Source of the DNA: an uncultured Clostridia bacterium
GTDB taxonomy: Bacteria; Bacillota; Clostridia; Oscillospirales; Acutalibacteraceae
Assembly (NCBI GenBank): GCA_947631945.1
Contig: CANRNI010000001.1
Coordinates: 91,331-155,330, forward strand
Reading direction: 5' to 3'
DNA: 64,000 nt
Shown: positions 8,897-17,613 of the stretch, piece by piece
Position numbering within the stretch: position 1 is the first letter of the stretch
How the letters are laid out: the number at the start of each line of letters is the position of its first letter
Notes under the pieces: generated by a model
What the model saw: the letters and a program-made list of their open reading frames with translations, nothing else
Database searches by the model: none
Told to the model about the DNA's origin: nothing
Position numbers and translations under genes: made by a program

Positions 8897-10038
8897 TTTA
8901 CGGCGGCGCGTACGGCTTCTCTTACGATAATATCCGTTTCGTCTATATCGTCAACCGTAAATTTTTCTTTTTCGGGAGATGCGGACGCACCCTCGAGAAT
9001 AAGTTCGGGAATGTCGTTGAATCCGATTTTTCCCTCTCTGTATAAAAGATTCGCTTCCTCGTTCGCGGAGTTTACGGCGGCCGGATTTAATCCGCCTTTA
9101 TTTATAGCGTCCCTGCAAATATTTATACATTTAAACGTATCGTAATCCGGCTTATAAAAGGTCAATTCCGCAATCGACGCGAAATCAAGCTCGCCTACGG
9201 GCGACGGGTATCTTTCGGGGTAAGTCAGAGCGTACTGTATAGGTATTCTCATATCGGGAAGCCCAAGCTGCGCTATAACGGAGTTGTCGTCGTATTCAAT
9301 CATTGAATGTATTATGCTTTCCCTGTGAACGACAATGTCTATCATATCGGGATTTACTCCGAACAGCCATACCGCTTCAATAAGCTCAAGCCCCTTGTTG
9401 AACATGGTTGCGGAATCTATAGTTATCTTCGCTCCCATATTCCAATTCGGGTGCTTTAACGCCTCCGTCGCCGTAACGTTTTCGAGTTCCCCTTTTTTTC
9501 TGCCGAAAAACGGACCGCCCGACGCTGTAAGAATTATTTTTTTAAGCGCCTTGTTAGAGGGTTTTCCCTGCAAGCACTGAAAAATTGCCGAATGTTCGCT
9601 GTCTACGGGTAAAATCGGTACTCCGCTGTTTTTTGCCGCGTCGGTTACAAGCTGTCCTCCTGCGACGAGAGATTCCTTATTGGCGAGAGCAAGCTGTTTT
9701 TTTGCGTTTATTACCGCAAGAGTGGGTCTTAATCCCGCCATTCCGACTATTGAATTTATAACTGTGTCCGCCTGCGTTTCAGACGCGCACTCGCATATGC
9801 CGTCCATACCGCTCAGAACCTTTATATCCATATCTTTTAACGATTCTTTTAGCTTTAAGGCTTCGCTTTCATTGCATAAAGCTACCTTTTCGGGCTTTAA
9901 GAGCCTTGCCTGACGCTCAAGAAGCTTTGAGTTTGAATGTGCCGTCAATGCCGTTACTTTGTAGCCGTGTTTTAACGCTACGTCTATCGACTGCGTTCCT
10001 ATAGAGCCTGTTGAGCCCAATATCGCGATTTTCTTCAT
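8887..10038 (-). CDS. dxr: 1-deoxy-D-xylulose 5-phosphate reductoisomerase
   Basis: ILGSTGSIGTQ NADPH motif and full-length Dxr-like sequence. Confidence 0.95.
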   Translation of the reverse strand: MKKIAILGSTGSIGTQSIDVALKHGYKVTALTAHSNSKLLERQARLLKPEKVALCNESEALKLKESLKDMDIKVLSGMDGICECASETQADTVINSIVGMAGLRPTLAVINAKKQLALANKESLVAGGQLVTDAAKNSGVPILPVDSEHSAIFQCLQGKPSNKALKKIILTASGGPFFGRKKGELENVTATEALKHPNWNMGAKITIDSATMFNKGLELIEAVWLFGVNPDMIDIVVHRESIIHSMIEYDDNSVIAQLGLPDMRIPIQYALTYPERYPSPVGELDFASIAELTFYKPDYDTFKCINICRDAINKGGLNPAAVNSANEEANLLYREGKIGFNDIPELILEGASASPEKEKFTVDDIDETDIIVREAVRAAVKNR

Positions 10039-10093
10039 TTTTTCAACTCCGATGGTAATGGTGGCTTTTCTTCTGCATAAATATGCGCTAAGT

Positions 10094-10939
10094 TTACATA
10101 TTTATAAAGTATAAACAGTATAAACAGGCGTAAAGCGCCGGAAGCACGAAAAGACAACTGTCAAATCTATCCATTATGCCGCCGTGACCGGGCAGAATTT
10201 TACCGAAATCCTTTATGTTGTGGTTCCTTTTGATTATCGAGGCCGATAAATCACCGAACATACTTACAACAGACAATATTACACTTATAATTATAATCTG
10301 CCATACTGCAATCGTATGCACCGTAAAGAAATATTTATCGAATATAACGTAAAGAATTACGTTGAATACAGCCGCGCATACTATTCCGCCCAATGCTCCT
10401 TCAACCGTCTTTTTCGGACTTATTTTCGGGCAAAGCTTATGCTTTCCGAATGCCCTGCCTGTAAAATAAGCGAAAATATCTGTTATCCATGAGCAGAAAA
10501 GCCCGAAAATTATTAAAAACACGCCGTTTGCCTTAGTGTATTTTTCGGGAAAATCAATATAAACGTCCCTTAATTCTATGAGAACGGACAGAGAACACGG
10601 TACGGCGAGCGCTGCGAACAATGCCGTCAAACAGTCGTTGAACGTTGTTTTTTTATGCGTCGGCACCATTATCATAAAATACACAAGCGTGTAAATTATC
10701 GCTGTCGGCATAAACGGGATTTTGATATTATAATGAAAAACGAACGGTATCGCCGCCGCCGTTAAACAGCTTAACGCGAGAATCAGATTATTTTTGCCGC
10801 CCGTCGCTTTTATTATCTCATAAACCGCAAGCGCGGATACTATAGCGACAAATATTGGGAAAGCTACGGTATGCATAAATATAAAAAACGGTATTACTAT
10901 AACCAGACCTACAATTCCTGTTATTACTCTTTGTTTCAT
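10094..10939 (-). CDS. cdsA: Phosphatidate cytidylyltransferase
   Basis: CTP-transferase signature SASIIKRNHNIKDFGKILPGHGGIMDRFDS; polytopic membrane protein. Confidence 0.9.
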   Translation of the reverse strand: MKQRVITGIVGLVIVIPFFIFMHTVAFPIFVAIVSALAVYEIIKATGGKNNLILALSCLTAAAIPFVFHYNIKIPFMPTAIIYTLVYFMIMVPTHKKTTFNDCLTALFAALAVPCSLSVLIELRDVYIDFPEKYTKANGVFLIIFGLFCSWITDIFAYFTGRAFGKHKLCPKISPKKTVEGALGGIVCAAVFNVILYVIFDKYFFTVHTIAVWQIIIISVILSVVSMFGDLSASIIKRNHNIKDFGKILPGHGGIMDRFDSCLFVLPALYACLYCLYFINM

Positions 10940-10994
10940 AAATCTATCCTTATTTATATATTGTTATAAGCTATATAACCGGCATAGCTTTTAA

Positions 10995-11015
10995 GCTGCG
11001 CCGGTATTGCCTTAA
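10995..11015. mobile_element. Solo A-type terminus fragment
   Basis: GCTGCGCCGGTATTGCCTTAA matches the right end of A-type copies and abuts the B-type copy at 11016. Confidence 0.5.
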
Positions 11016-11187
11016 GGAACCACTGAATAAATCACGCCCTACGGACTGAACGCACATCTTGCCCCGAGCTTTTCCGTCATTTTTGCCAAAAGATCCTTGA
11101 AATACGTCAGTATTCCTTCTTCGCTTTTGACAATCTGACGAAAAATCCGGCGGAGCAATCTGCACGTTCGATTTAATCAGTGCTTCC
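11016..11187. mobile_element. MITE-like repeat, B-type, full length (172 bp)
   Basis: GGAACCACTGAATAAATC...GATTTAATCAGTGCTTCC termini. Flanked by TTAA on both sides (11012-11015 and 11188-11191); the right TTAA contains the uppS stop codon. Confidence 0.8.
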
Positions 11188-11925
11188 TTAAACGCCGCCG
11201 AATCTGCGGTTCCTTTTTTCGTAGGCTCTTAATGCCTCGTTAAAATTTTCCTCGGTAAAATCGGGCCAAAGAATATCCGAGAACCAAAGCTCCGAATATG
11301 CTCCCTGCCATGTGAGGAAATTTGAAAGCCTGTATTCTCCGCTCGGACGGATTATTAAATCGGGGTCGGGTTGACCAGCCGTATAAAGGTAATCCGAAAT
11401 AACGCTTTCGTCAATCGAATCGGGATTGATTTCGCCGTGAGCGGCCTTTTTTGCAATCTCTTTTACGGCGGAAGCTATTTCATGCCTGCCGCCGTAATTT
11501 ACCGCGATATTGAGCGTTACTTTGCTTTTATCCTCGGTAAGTTTATGGGTATAATCCATAAGCCCCAAAAGCTCGGGAGATATCCCTTTTCTGTCGCCTA
11601 TAAAATTGAGGCGTATGCCTTTTTCGTCGTTTTCCCGAATCCTTTCGATGACCTCGTTCAGATAATCGCCGAAAAGCTCCATAATAGCGTTGACCTCCGC
11701 TTCGGGACGCTTCCAGTTTTCTGTTGAGAATGCGTAAAACGTAACGTATTCTATGCCGAGGTCTGCGGCGTATTCGCCTATTTTTCTGAATACTTTCGCG
11801 CCCTCTTTGTGTCCCTCGCTTCTCGGAAGTCCTTTTTTCTTTGCCCATCTTCCGTTTCCGTCCATTATAAAGCCGACGTGACGCGGCAGAACGGAAAACT
11901 CGGGCGGATTTTTTTTATCGGACAT
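11188..11925 (-). CDS. uppS: Isoprenyl transferase (undecaprenyl diphosphate synthase)
   Basis: HVGFIMDGNGRWAKK and RPSGEYRLSNFLTWQ motifs. Start set to ATG 11925 to give a typical UppS N-terminus; the ORF-track TTG start is unsupported. Confidence 0.9.
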   Translation of the reverse strand: MSDKKNPPEFSVLPRHVGFIMDGNGRWAKKKGLPRSEGHKEGAKVFRKIGEYAADLGIEYVTFYAFSTENWKRPEAEVNAIMELFGDYLNEVIERIRENDEKGIRLNFIGDRKGISPELLGLMDYTHKLTEDKSKVTLNIAVNYGGRHEIASAVKEIAKKAAHGEINPDSIDESVISDYLYTAGQPDPDLIIRPSGEYRLSNFLTWQGAYSELWFSDILWPDFTEENFNEALRAYEKRNRRFGGV

Positions 11926-12080
11926 ATTAATAATTTGCGATACAGACGTCGCACAAAACGCGGTGAAAATCAAAGCCTTTTGTGCCCGGCATCGCTCCTT
12001 CTTTCAAAATTCTTACGCTAACCTGCACCCGCGCCGCTATACGGCGCGGTACGTTTTTTTATATGTTTGCGTTGCGTTTT

Positions 12081-12641
12081 CTATATTTCCATGATTTCGG
12101 CCGCTTTTGCTTTTTCGATTTCGTCAATCTTTTTTATGAAATCGTCGGTTATTTTCTGGATTTCGTCCTCGGCGTCCTCCATGTCGTCTTCAGTTATTTC
12201 GGAAGCTTTTTTCATGGATTTAACCTTGTCAATGGAATCTCTTCTTATTTGACGGATAGCGACCTTTGATTCTTCGGCTGTTTTTGAAATTTCCTTTGTA
12301 AGCTGTCTTCTTCTCTCTTCCGTAAGAGGAGGAAAGGAGAGACGAATAATAGTTCCGTCATTTTGCGGGTTTATTCCGAGGTCGGAAGCCTGAATCGCTT
12401 TGCATATAGCGTTGAGCGCGGATTTATCCCAAGGCTGTATAACGAGAGTTCTCGCGTCCTGGTTCGAGATTCCGGCCATCTGTACTATAGGAGTGGGAGT
12501 TCCGTAATAATCGGCTGTGATTCTGTCAAGCACTTTTGCGCTTGCCCTTCCCGCTCTTACCGAATCGTATTCGGAATTAAGAGCGTTTATGGTTTTGTTC
12601 ATTCTTGTTTTTGTGCTCTCATAGAGTTCTTTAAGTTCCAT
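12081..12641 (-). CDS. frr: Ribosome recycling factor
   Basis: Full-length Frr-like 186-aa sequence with a GGAGG RBS upstream. Confidence 0.95.
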   Translation of the reverse strand: MELKELYESTKTRMNKTINALNSEYDSVRAGRASAKVLDRITADYYGTPTPIVQMAGISNQDARTLVIQPWDKSALNAICKAIQASDLGINPQNDGTIIRLSFPPLTEERRRQLTKEISKTAEESKVAIRQIRRDSIDKVKSMKKASEITEDDMEDAEDEIQKITDDFIKKIDEIEKAKAAEIMEI

Positions 12642-12700
12642 AATCTACCTCCGAGATAAATTTTATTATAGTTTTATTTAAATAAAATTGATAATTTTTT

Positions 12701-12781
12701 AATTGTCAATTGTACATTCAGTGTCAATTGTACATTGTCAATTGTCAATTGTACATTGTCAATTGTCAATTGTCAATTGAC
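12701..12781. repeat. Tandem heptamer/palindrome array (AATTGTC / AATTGTAC units)
   Basis: About 11 units of AATTGTC interleaved with AATTGTAC produce overlapping CAATTG, TGTACA and GTCAATTGAC palindromes. On the minus strand it reads as reiterated TTGACAA. The last unit overlaps the pyrH stop codon. Confidence 0.9.
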
Positions 12782-13480
12782 TACAAGCGTTCCTATGTTT
12801 TCGCCGCGGACGGCTTTTAAAATATTTTCGGGATTCCGAAGATTGAAAACGAGAATAGGTATGTTGTTATCCTTGCAGAGCGCGGCGGCGGTGCTGTCCA
12901 TAACTCCGAGGTCTTTTTCAACTATCTCGGCGTGAGTTAACAAATCGAATTTTACCGCGTCGCCAAATTTATTGGGGTCTTTGTCGTAAACGCCGTCAAC
13001 ATTGGTGGCTTTAAGCATTACGTCGGCTCTTATCTCCGCAGCCCTTAACGAAGCCGCCGTATCGGTGCTGAAAAACGGCGAGCCTGTGCCGCAGCCGAAA
13101 ATTACTACTCTGCCTTTTTCAAAATGCCTGATTGCCTTGTTCCTTATATAAGGCTCCGCAATCTGACGCATTTCAATAGCGGTCTGCACTCTGACCTGTA
13201 CGCCGAGCTGTTCTAACGTATCGGCTAAGGCGAGGGAATTCATAACCGTTGCGAGCATACCTATGTGGTCGGCCCTTGTTCTGTCCATATTTCCGCTCGA
13301 CCTGCCGCGCCAGAAGTTTCCGCCCCCGACTACTATTCCGACCTGCACTCCGATTTCGGTGCATTGCTTTATAACCTTGCATACGTTTTCAACCGTATTG
13401 AAATCAATTCCCTGTTTGTTTTCGCCGGCGAGGACCTCTCCGCTTAGCTTTAAGAGTATCCTGTTATATTTTTTTTCCAT
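12773..13480 (-). CDS. pyrH: UMP kinase
   Basis: ILLKLSGE N-terminus and full-length PyrH-like sequence. Confidence 0.95.
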   Translation of the reverse strand: MEKKYNRILLKLSGEVLAGENKQGIDFNTVENVCKVIKQCTEIGVQVGIVVGGGNFWRGRSSGNMDRTRADHIGMLATVMNSLALADTLEQLGVQVRVQTAIEMRQIAEPYIRNKAIRHFEKGRVVIFGCGTGSPFFSTDTAASLRAAEIRADVMLKATNVDGVYDKDPNKFGDAVKFDLLTHAEIVEKDLGVMDSTAAALCKDNNIPILVFNLRNPENILKAVRGENIGTLVVN

Positions 13481-13557
13481 AAAATGGACTTCCTCCGTCT
13501 TTAAAATCTCTGTTTGTATATATTTTACATTATTTTTTTCATGCTGTAAAGAGTATT

Positions 13558-13574
13558 GTCAATAAATTATTGAC
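13558..13574. promoter_or_regulatory. 17-bp perfect palindrome GTCAATAA-A-TTATTGAC (candidate operator)
   Basis: Perfect 8-bp arms overlapping the -35 box of the downstream promoter, in the divergent pyrH / kinase spacer. It shares the TTGTCAAT motif with the array at 12701-12781. Confidence 0.45.
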
Positions 13575-13598
13575 TATTTCGGAAAAAAAGTATATAAT
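13570..13598 (+). promoter_or_regulatory. SigA-type promoter TTGACT-17-TATAAT
   Basis: TTGACT at 13570-13575, 17-nt spacer, TATAAT at 13593-13598, about 42 nt upstream of the ATG at 13641. Confidence 0.6.
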
Positions 13599-13640
13599 TA
13601 TTCGGTCTTTAAGATAAAACGCGGAAAGGAACAAGTATTA

Positions 13641-14774
13641 ATGGGTATAATAAAGAAAGGACTTCCGGATTGCATTGACGAAATACTTGAGGCATACGGA
13701 CTTGCCGATAAGCTGTCCGATTGGTCGATGATATGCAACGGACATATAAACCGCACATATTTTACGGAATTTACTCATTCCGACGGCAAAAAAGAAAAAC
13801 GGCTCCTCCAGCAGATAAATACCGAGGTATTTAAAAAACCGCTCGAGCTTATGGAAAATATAATCAGGGTAACGGATTATCTGCGCGTACAAATAGAAGC
13901 GGAGGGCGGAGACCCCGAAAGGGAGACGCTAAGGGTTTATAACACCTGCGGCGGCAGCAACTGCTTTATAGATTCCGAAGGACTTTATTGGAGAATGTAC
14001 AATTATATAGATAATTCGTTCTCTTACAATTCCATTGAGAACGACGAGCTTTTTTACAGAGCGGGCGAGGCGTTCGGCAAATTTCAATCGAGATTGGCGT
14101 CGTTTCCCATAGAAACGCTTCACGACACTATACCCGATTTTCATAATACATACAAGCGTTTTCTTAACCTGAAAGCAGCGGCCGAAAGAAACGCGGCGGG
14201 ACGGCTTGATGAGGTCGAGAATGAAATGGATTTTGCGTTAAAAAGGGAAGCGGATACTTCCGTTATTGCGGAGCTTATGGAAAAAGGCGAAATCCCCGTC
14301 CGCGTTACGCATAACGATACAAAGCTTAACAATATTATGTTTGACAGTGAAAGCGGAAAAGCCGTATGCATAGTGGACCTTGATACCGTAATGCCGGGTT
14401 CGTCGCTTTACGATTTCGGAGACGCGATAAGATTCGGGGCAAATACTGCCGCCGAAGATGAAAAAGACGTTTCAAAGGTGTCGCTTGACCTTAATCTGTA
14501 TGAAAAGTACGTTAGGGGATATCTTAAATCAGCGGGAAAAAGCCTTACGGAAAAGGAGCTTGAATATCTGCCGTTTTCCGCTAAGCTCCTGACGTTTGAA
14601 TGCGGAATGAGATTCCTTACGGATTATCTTGACGGAGACGTATATTTCGGTATTTCGTACCCCGAGCATAATCTTGACAGATGCAGGACTCAGTTCGCGC
14701 TTGTAGCCGATATAGAAAGAAAACTCGATGAAATGATAAAAATAACTCGGGACGCGTGCGGCAGCCTGTGTTGA
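13641..14774 (+). CDS. APH-fold sugar kinase, N-acetylhexosamine 1-kinase (NahK)-like
   Basis: Brenner motif HNDTKLNN (HxDxxxxN) and the IVDLDT metal-binding motif. The overall layout resembles NahK-type kinases; the substrate is an inference. Confidence 0.6.
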   Translation: MGIIKKGLPDCIDEILEAYGLADKLSDWSMICNGHINRTYFTEFTHSDGKKEKRLLQQINTEVFKKPLELMENIIRVTDYLRVQIEAEGGDPERETLRVYNTCGGSNCFIDSEGLYWRMYNYIDNSFSYNSIENDELFYRAGEAFGKFQSRLASFPIETLHDTIPDFHNTYKRFLNLKAAAERNAAGRLDEVENEMDFALKREADTSVIAELMEKGEIPVRVTHNDTKLNNIMFDSESGKAVCIVDLDTVMPGSSLYDFGDAIRFGANTAAEDEKDVSKVSLDLNLYEKYVRGYLKSAGKSLTEKELEYLPFSAKLLTFECGMRFLTDYLDGDVYFGISYPEHNLDRCRTQFALVADIERKLDEMIKITRDACGSLC

Positions 14775-14791
14775 TTCAAAGGAGTGGCAGT

Positions 14792-15544
14792 ATGAAAAAA
14801 ATTGAAATCACCCGTCAGTATGATTATAATGCGACCACAATATTTATCGCGGCTTCAATAGCGCTTGTTACAAATTCTGTGCTGACGTATCTGTTGTCAT
14901 CTGTTGATTTTCCGAACGCTGTAGCTTACGTATGCCGTTTTTTCAGCGTGGCGTTTGCATTGTTTGCGTTTATTATGACAATAAAGGGGTTTTCAAAGGT
15001 TGATAAGGCTTGCAGATTAAGCGAGGAAAACGAAAATTATTATTTGGGCAGAAATCTTAAACGTCTTTCTGTCGCCTGTCTTATTGTATCTGCAATAGTC
15101 GGTATCGCCGTTCTTATATTTTTCGTAATGCTCACTCGGTATTCATCGTATGGTAAAGCGGGAACGCTCACTCAGAACGATATAAACGCCGCCAATAATA
15201 TAAAAATCATAACCGCTCTTTTGCTTATAGTTTATGAGCTTGCGTCTGTAGGTACGCCGTATATATTCTATCTGTGGAACATTCACAAAATAACTCCCAA
15301 GACTGATTCCGTAAACAATTTCGCTCTGCTTACAATGATAGTTCTTGTGGTTCAGCTCGCTATAGGCGCGCTCAATTCTGTTTATACAATCAAAGGCGGG
15401 GAAACGTCATTTGTTGCAGGCTTTTCCTCAATCCTGCTTATTATAAAATACGTTCTTCTTACGCTGTTTTTTATTACCAGAAGAAAGGGAATATACGCCG
15501 CCTCGAAAAAGACCGAAGCGGACGAAGAAAATAATAATAATTGA
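14792..15544 (+). CDS. Integral membrane protein, unknown function
   Basis: About 6 hydrophobic helices. Start placed at ATG 14792 behind an AGGAG RBS. Confidence 0.6.
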   Translation: MKKIEITRQYDYNATTIFIAASIALVTNSVLTYLLSSVDFPNAVAYVCRFFSVAFALFAFIMTIKGFSKVDKACRLSEENENYYLGRNLKRLSVACLIVSAIVGIAVLIFFVMLTRYSSYGKAGTLTQNDINAANNIKIITALLLIVYELASVGTPYIFYLWNIHKITPKTDSVNNFALLTMIVLVVQLAIGALNSVYTIKGGETSFVAGFSSILLIIKYVLLTLFFITRRKGIYAASKKTEADEENNNN

Positions 15545-15613
15545 TATTTATATTCAGCGGCACCGCGCAGAGACCGATTTGCGTCTTTGCCACAATCTGC
15601 CGGTTATATTACC

Positions 15614-15653
15614 AAAAAAGAGACACCCACTTTTAAGTGAATGTCTCTTTTTA
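15614..15653. terminator. Bidirectional rho-independent terminator
   Basis: AAGAGACA...TGTCTCTT stem flanked by an A-run on the left and a T-run on the right, between convergent genes. Confidence 0.7.
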
Positions 15654-15657
15654 ATCT

Positions 15658-16419
15658 TTAATTCTGAGCTTTTATAACGTCCGACATATCGTACATACCG
15701 CTTTTTTTATCCTTCATATAAATCGCGGCGTTAACGGCTCCCGCGGCGAAAACGTTCTTTGACAGCGCCTGATGGCTGATTTTTACAACTTCGTCATTGC
15801 CCGCGAAAATAATCTCGTGTTCTCCGACTATCGTCCCGCCTCTTACGGAATGTATACCTATTTCATGTTTATCTCTCTTTTGCGAACGGTCATGACGGTC
15901 ATATACAAGCTCGGGAGCGTAATCCAATCCTTCTTCAACGGCTTTTTCGAGCATAAGAGCGGTGCCGCTGGGAGCGTCGAGCTTGAGATTGTGATGCGCT
16001 TCGACAATTTCCACGTCAAACGACTGACCGAGAACCTTTGCGGCGGCTTTCGCAAGCTCGGAAATAAGGTTTATACCAAGCGACATATTTCCGGACCTGA
16101 ACATGGCGACCTTTTCTGAAGCTTTTTCAACAGCTTTTATGTGTTCTTCCGAATATCCCGTAGCGCAGAGTACCGACGGAGTATTGTTATTTACCGCGTA
16201 TTCGAGAAGTCCCGTGAGAGCGGAGGGGCTTGAAAAATCAATTATAACGTCGGCCTTAAACGGAAGCTCGTCGAACGTCGGGAAAACAGGGTAGGGCATA
16301 GTAAGACATTCCATTATGTCTACCCCCGCGACGATTTTAATATCGTCCCTGCCATTTACCGCGTTTGTAACAGCCGCGCCCATCTTTCCGCAGCAGCCGC
16401 TTAATATAACTTTTGTCAT
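15658..16419 (-). CDS. dapB: 4-hydroxy-tetrahydrodipicolinate reductase
   Basis: DapB-like sequence (GCCGKMG N-terminus, EAHHNLKLDAPSGTA). ATG 16419 is preceded by AAAGGTG. Confidence 0.9.
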   Translation of the reverse strand: MTKVILSGCCGKMGAAVTNAVNGRDDIKIVAGVDIMECLTMPYPVFPTFDELPFKADVIIDFSSPSALTGLLEYAVNNNTPSVLCATGYSEEHIKAVEKASEKVAMFRSGNMSLGINLISELAKAAAKVLGQSFDVEIVEAHHNLKLDAPSGTALMLEKAVEEGLDYAPELVYDRHDRSQKRDKHEIGIHSVRGGTIVGEHEIIFAGNDEVVKISHQALSKNVFAAGAVNAAIYMKDKKSGMYDMSDVIKAQN

Positions 16420-16506
16420 TTGTATCACCTTTTACATCCTTTTATTAAGAGCGATAATACGCCTTAAACATAAATGTCGGGCTGTGAAACCCGACATTAA
16501 ATTTTA

Positions 16507-16677
16507 GGAAGCGCTGATTAAATCGAACGTACAGATTGCGTCGTCAGATTTTTCGTCAGATTGTCAAAAGCGACGCAGGAATACTGACGTATTTCAAGGA
16601 GCTTTTGGCAGAAATGACGGAAAATACCGGGGCAAGATGTGCGTTCAGCCGACAGGCGTGATTTATTCAGCGGTTCC
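16507..16677. mobile_element. MITE-like repeat, B-type, full length (171 bp)
   Basis: GGAAGCGCTGATTAAATCGAACGTACAGATTGC...GTGATTTATTCAGCGGTTCC. Collinear with the reverse complement of the 11016 copy. Confidence 0.8.
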
Positions 16678-16689
16678 TTTAACAAATTA

Positions 16690-17586
16690 TTATTTTACGA
16701 GATTATGATTCGCAAGAGCTTTACGGAGAGCCGCTTTTCCCGCTTCGCTCATTGTTCCGAGAGGCATTCTGCATCTGCCTACGTTCATGCAACACATATT
16801 CATCGCTTCCTTGACGGGTATCGGGTTCACGTCGCAGAAAAGCGCGTTGCAGAGATCGAGATACTCAAGCTGTAATTTCATGGAGCCGGTCACATCGCCG
16901 TCAAGATACTTTCTCGCAATATCGTGCGCGACCTTCGGCGCGACATGAGAAAGTACCGATATAACGCCTTTGCCGCCAAGCGACATTATCGGGACGATTT
17001 GGTCGTCATTGCCCGAATACAGCGTAAGACTTTCGCCGCAGAGAGCCGCTGTTTTTGCTATTTCGGAGATGTTGCCGCAGGCCTCCTTAGCCGCGACTAT
17101 TCTCTCATGCTTTGCAAGCTCCGCATATGTTTCGGGCTTTATCGCCATTCCGGTTCTGCTCGGTACGTTGTAAAGAATCATAGGGGAGGAAACTCTGTCG
17201 GCAATATAATTATAATGCTCGATAAGACCGCTCTGCGAGGTTTTGTTGTAATACGGCGTTACGAGCAGAAGCCCGTCTACGCCCGCTTTTTCGGCTTCGT
17301 TTGAAAGCTCGACAGCGTAATACGTGTCGTTCGAGCCTGTTCCTGCTATAACGGGTACTCTCTTTGACGTAACGTCTACGCAGAATTTTATCGCTTCCGT
17401 ATGTTCTTCATGGGTGAGAGTCGATGCTTCGCCCGTTGTTCCGCATACGACAATCGCGTCGGTTCCGTTTTCTATCTGGAAGTTTATTATTTCTTCAAAT
17501 TTGTCATAATCAATTCTCTTTAAATCCTCTGTAAACGGAGTGATAACGGCAACTGCCGAACCTTCGAAAAGTACTTTCTTTTTCAT
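16690..17586 (-). CDS. dapA: 4-hydroxy-tetrahydrodipicolinate synthase
   Basis: Full-length DapA-like sequence (VCGTTGEASTL, YNVPSRTG). Confidence 0.95.
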   Translation of the reverse strand: MKKKVLFEGSAVAVITPFTEDLKRIDYDKFEEIINFQIENGTDAIVVCGTTGEASTLTHEEHTEAIKFCVDVTSKRVPVIAGTGSNDTYYAVELSNEAEKAGVDGLLLVTPYYNKTSQSGLIEHYNYIADRVSSPMILYNVPSRTGMAIKPETYAELAKHERIVAAKEACGNISEIAKTAALCGESLTLYSGNDDQIVPIMSLGGKGVISVLSHVAPKVAHDIARKYLDGDVTGSMKLQLEYLDLCNALFCDVNPIPVKEAMNMCCMNVGRCRMPLGTMSEAGKAALRKALANHNLVK

Positions 17587-17613
17587 TTGATTATCTCCTT
17601 AAACACCGAAAGA

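Noticed and set aside
12701-12781. The heptamer array, and the arms at 30404-30626, were considered as possible CRISPR arrays.
   Set aside because: The units are 7-8 bp with no spacers, and no cas genes are present. This is not CRISPR architecture.
12735-12935. A 66-codon plus-strand ORF ([15 protein letters not shown]...) begins in the heptamer array.
   Set aside because: The periodic peptide is a translation artefact of the 7-bp repeat, and the rest of the ORF is antisense to pyrH. It has no RBS.
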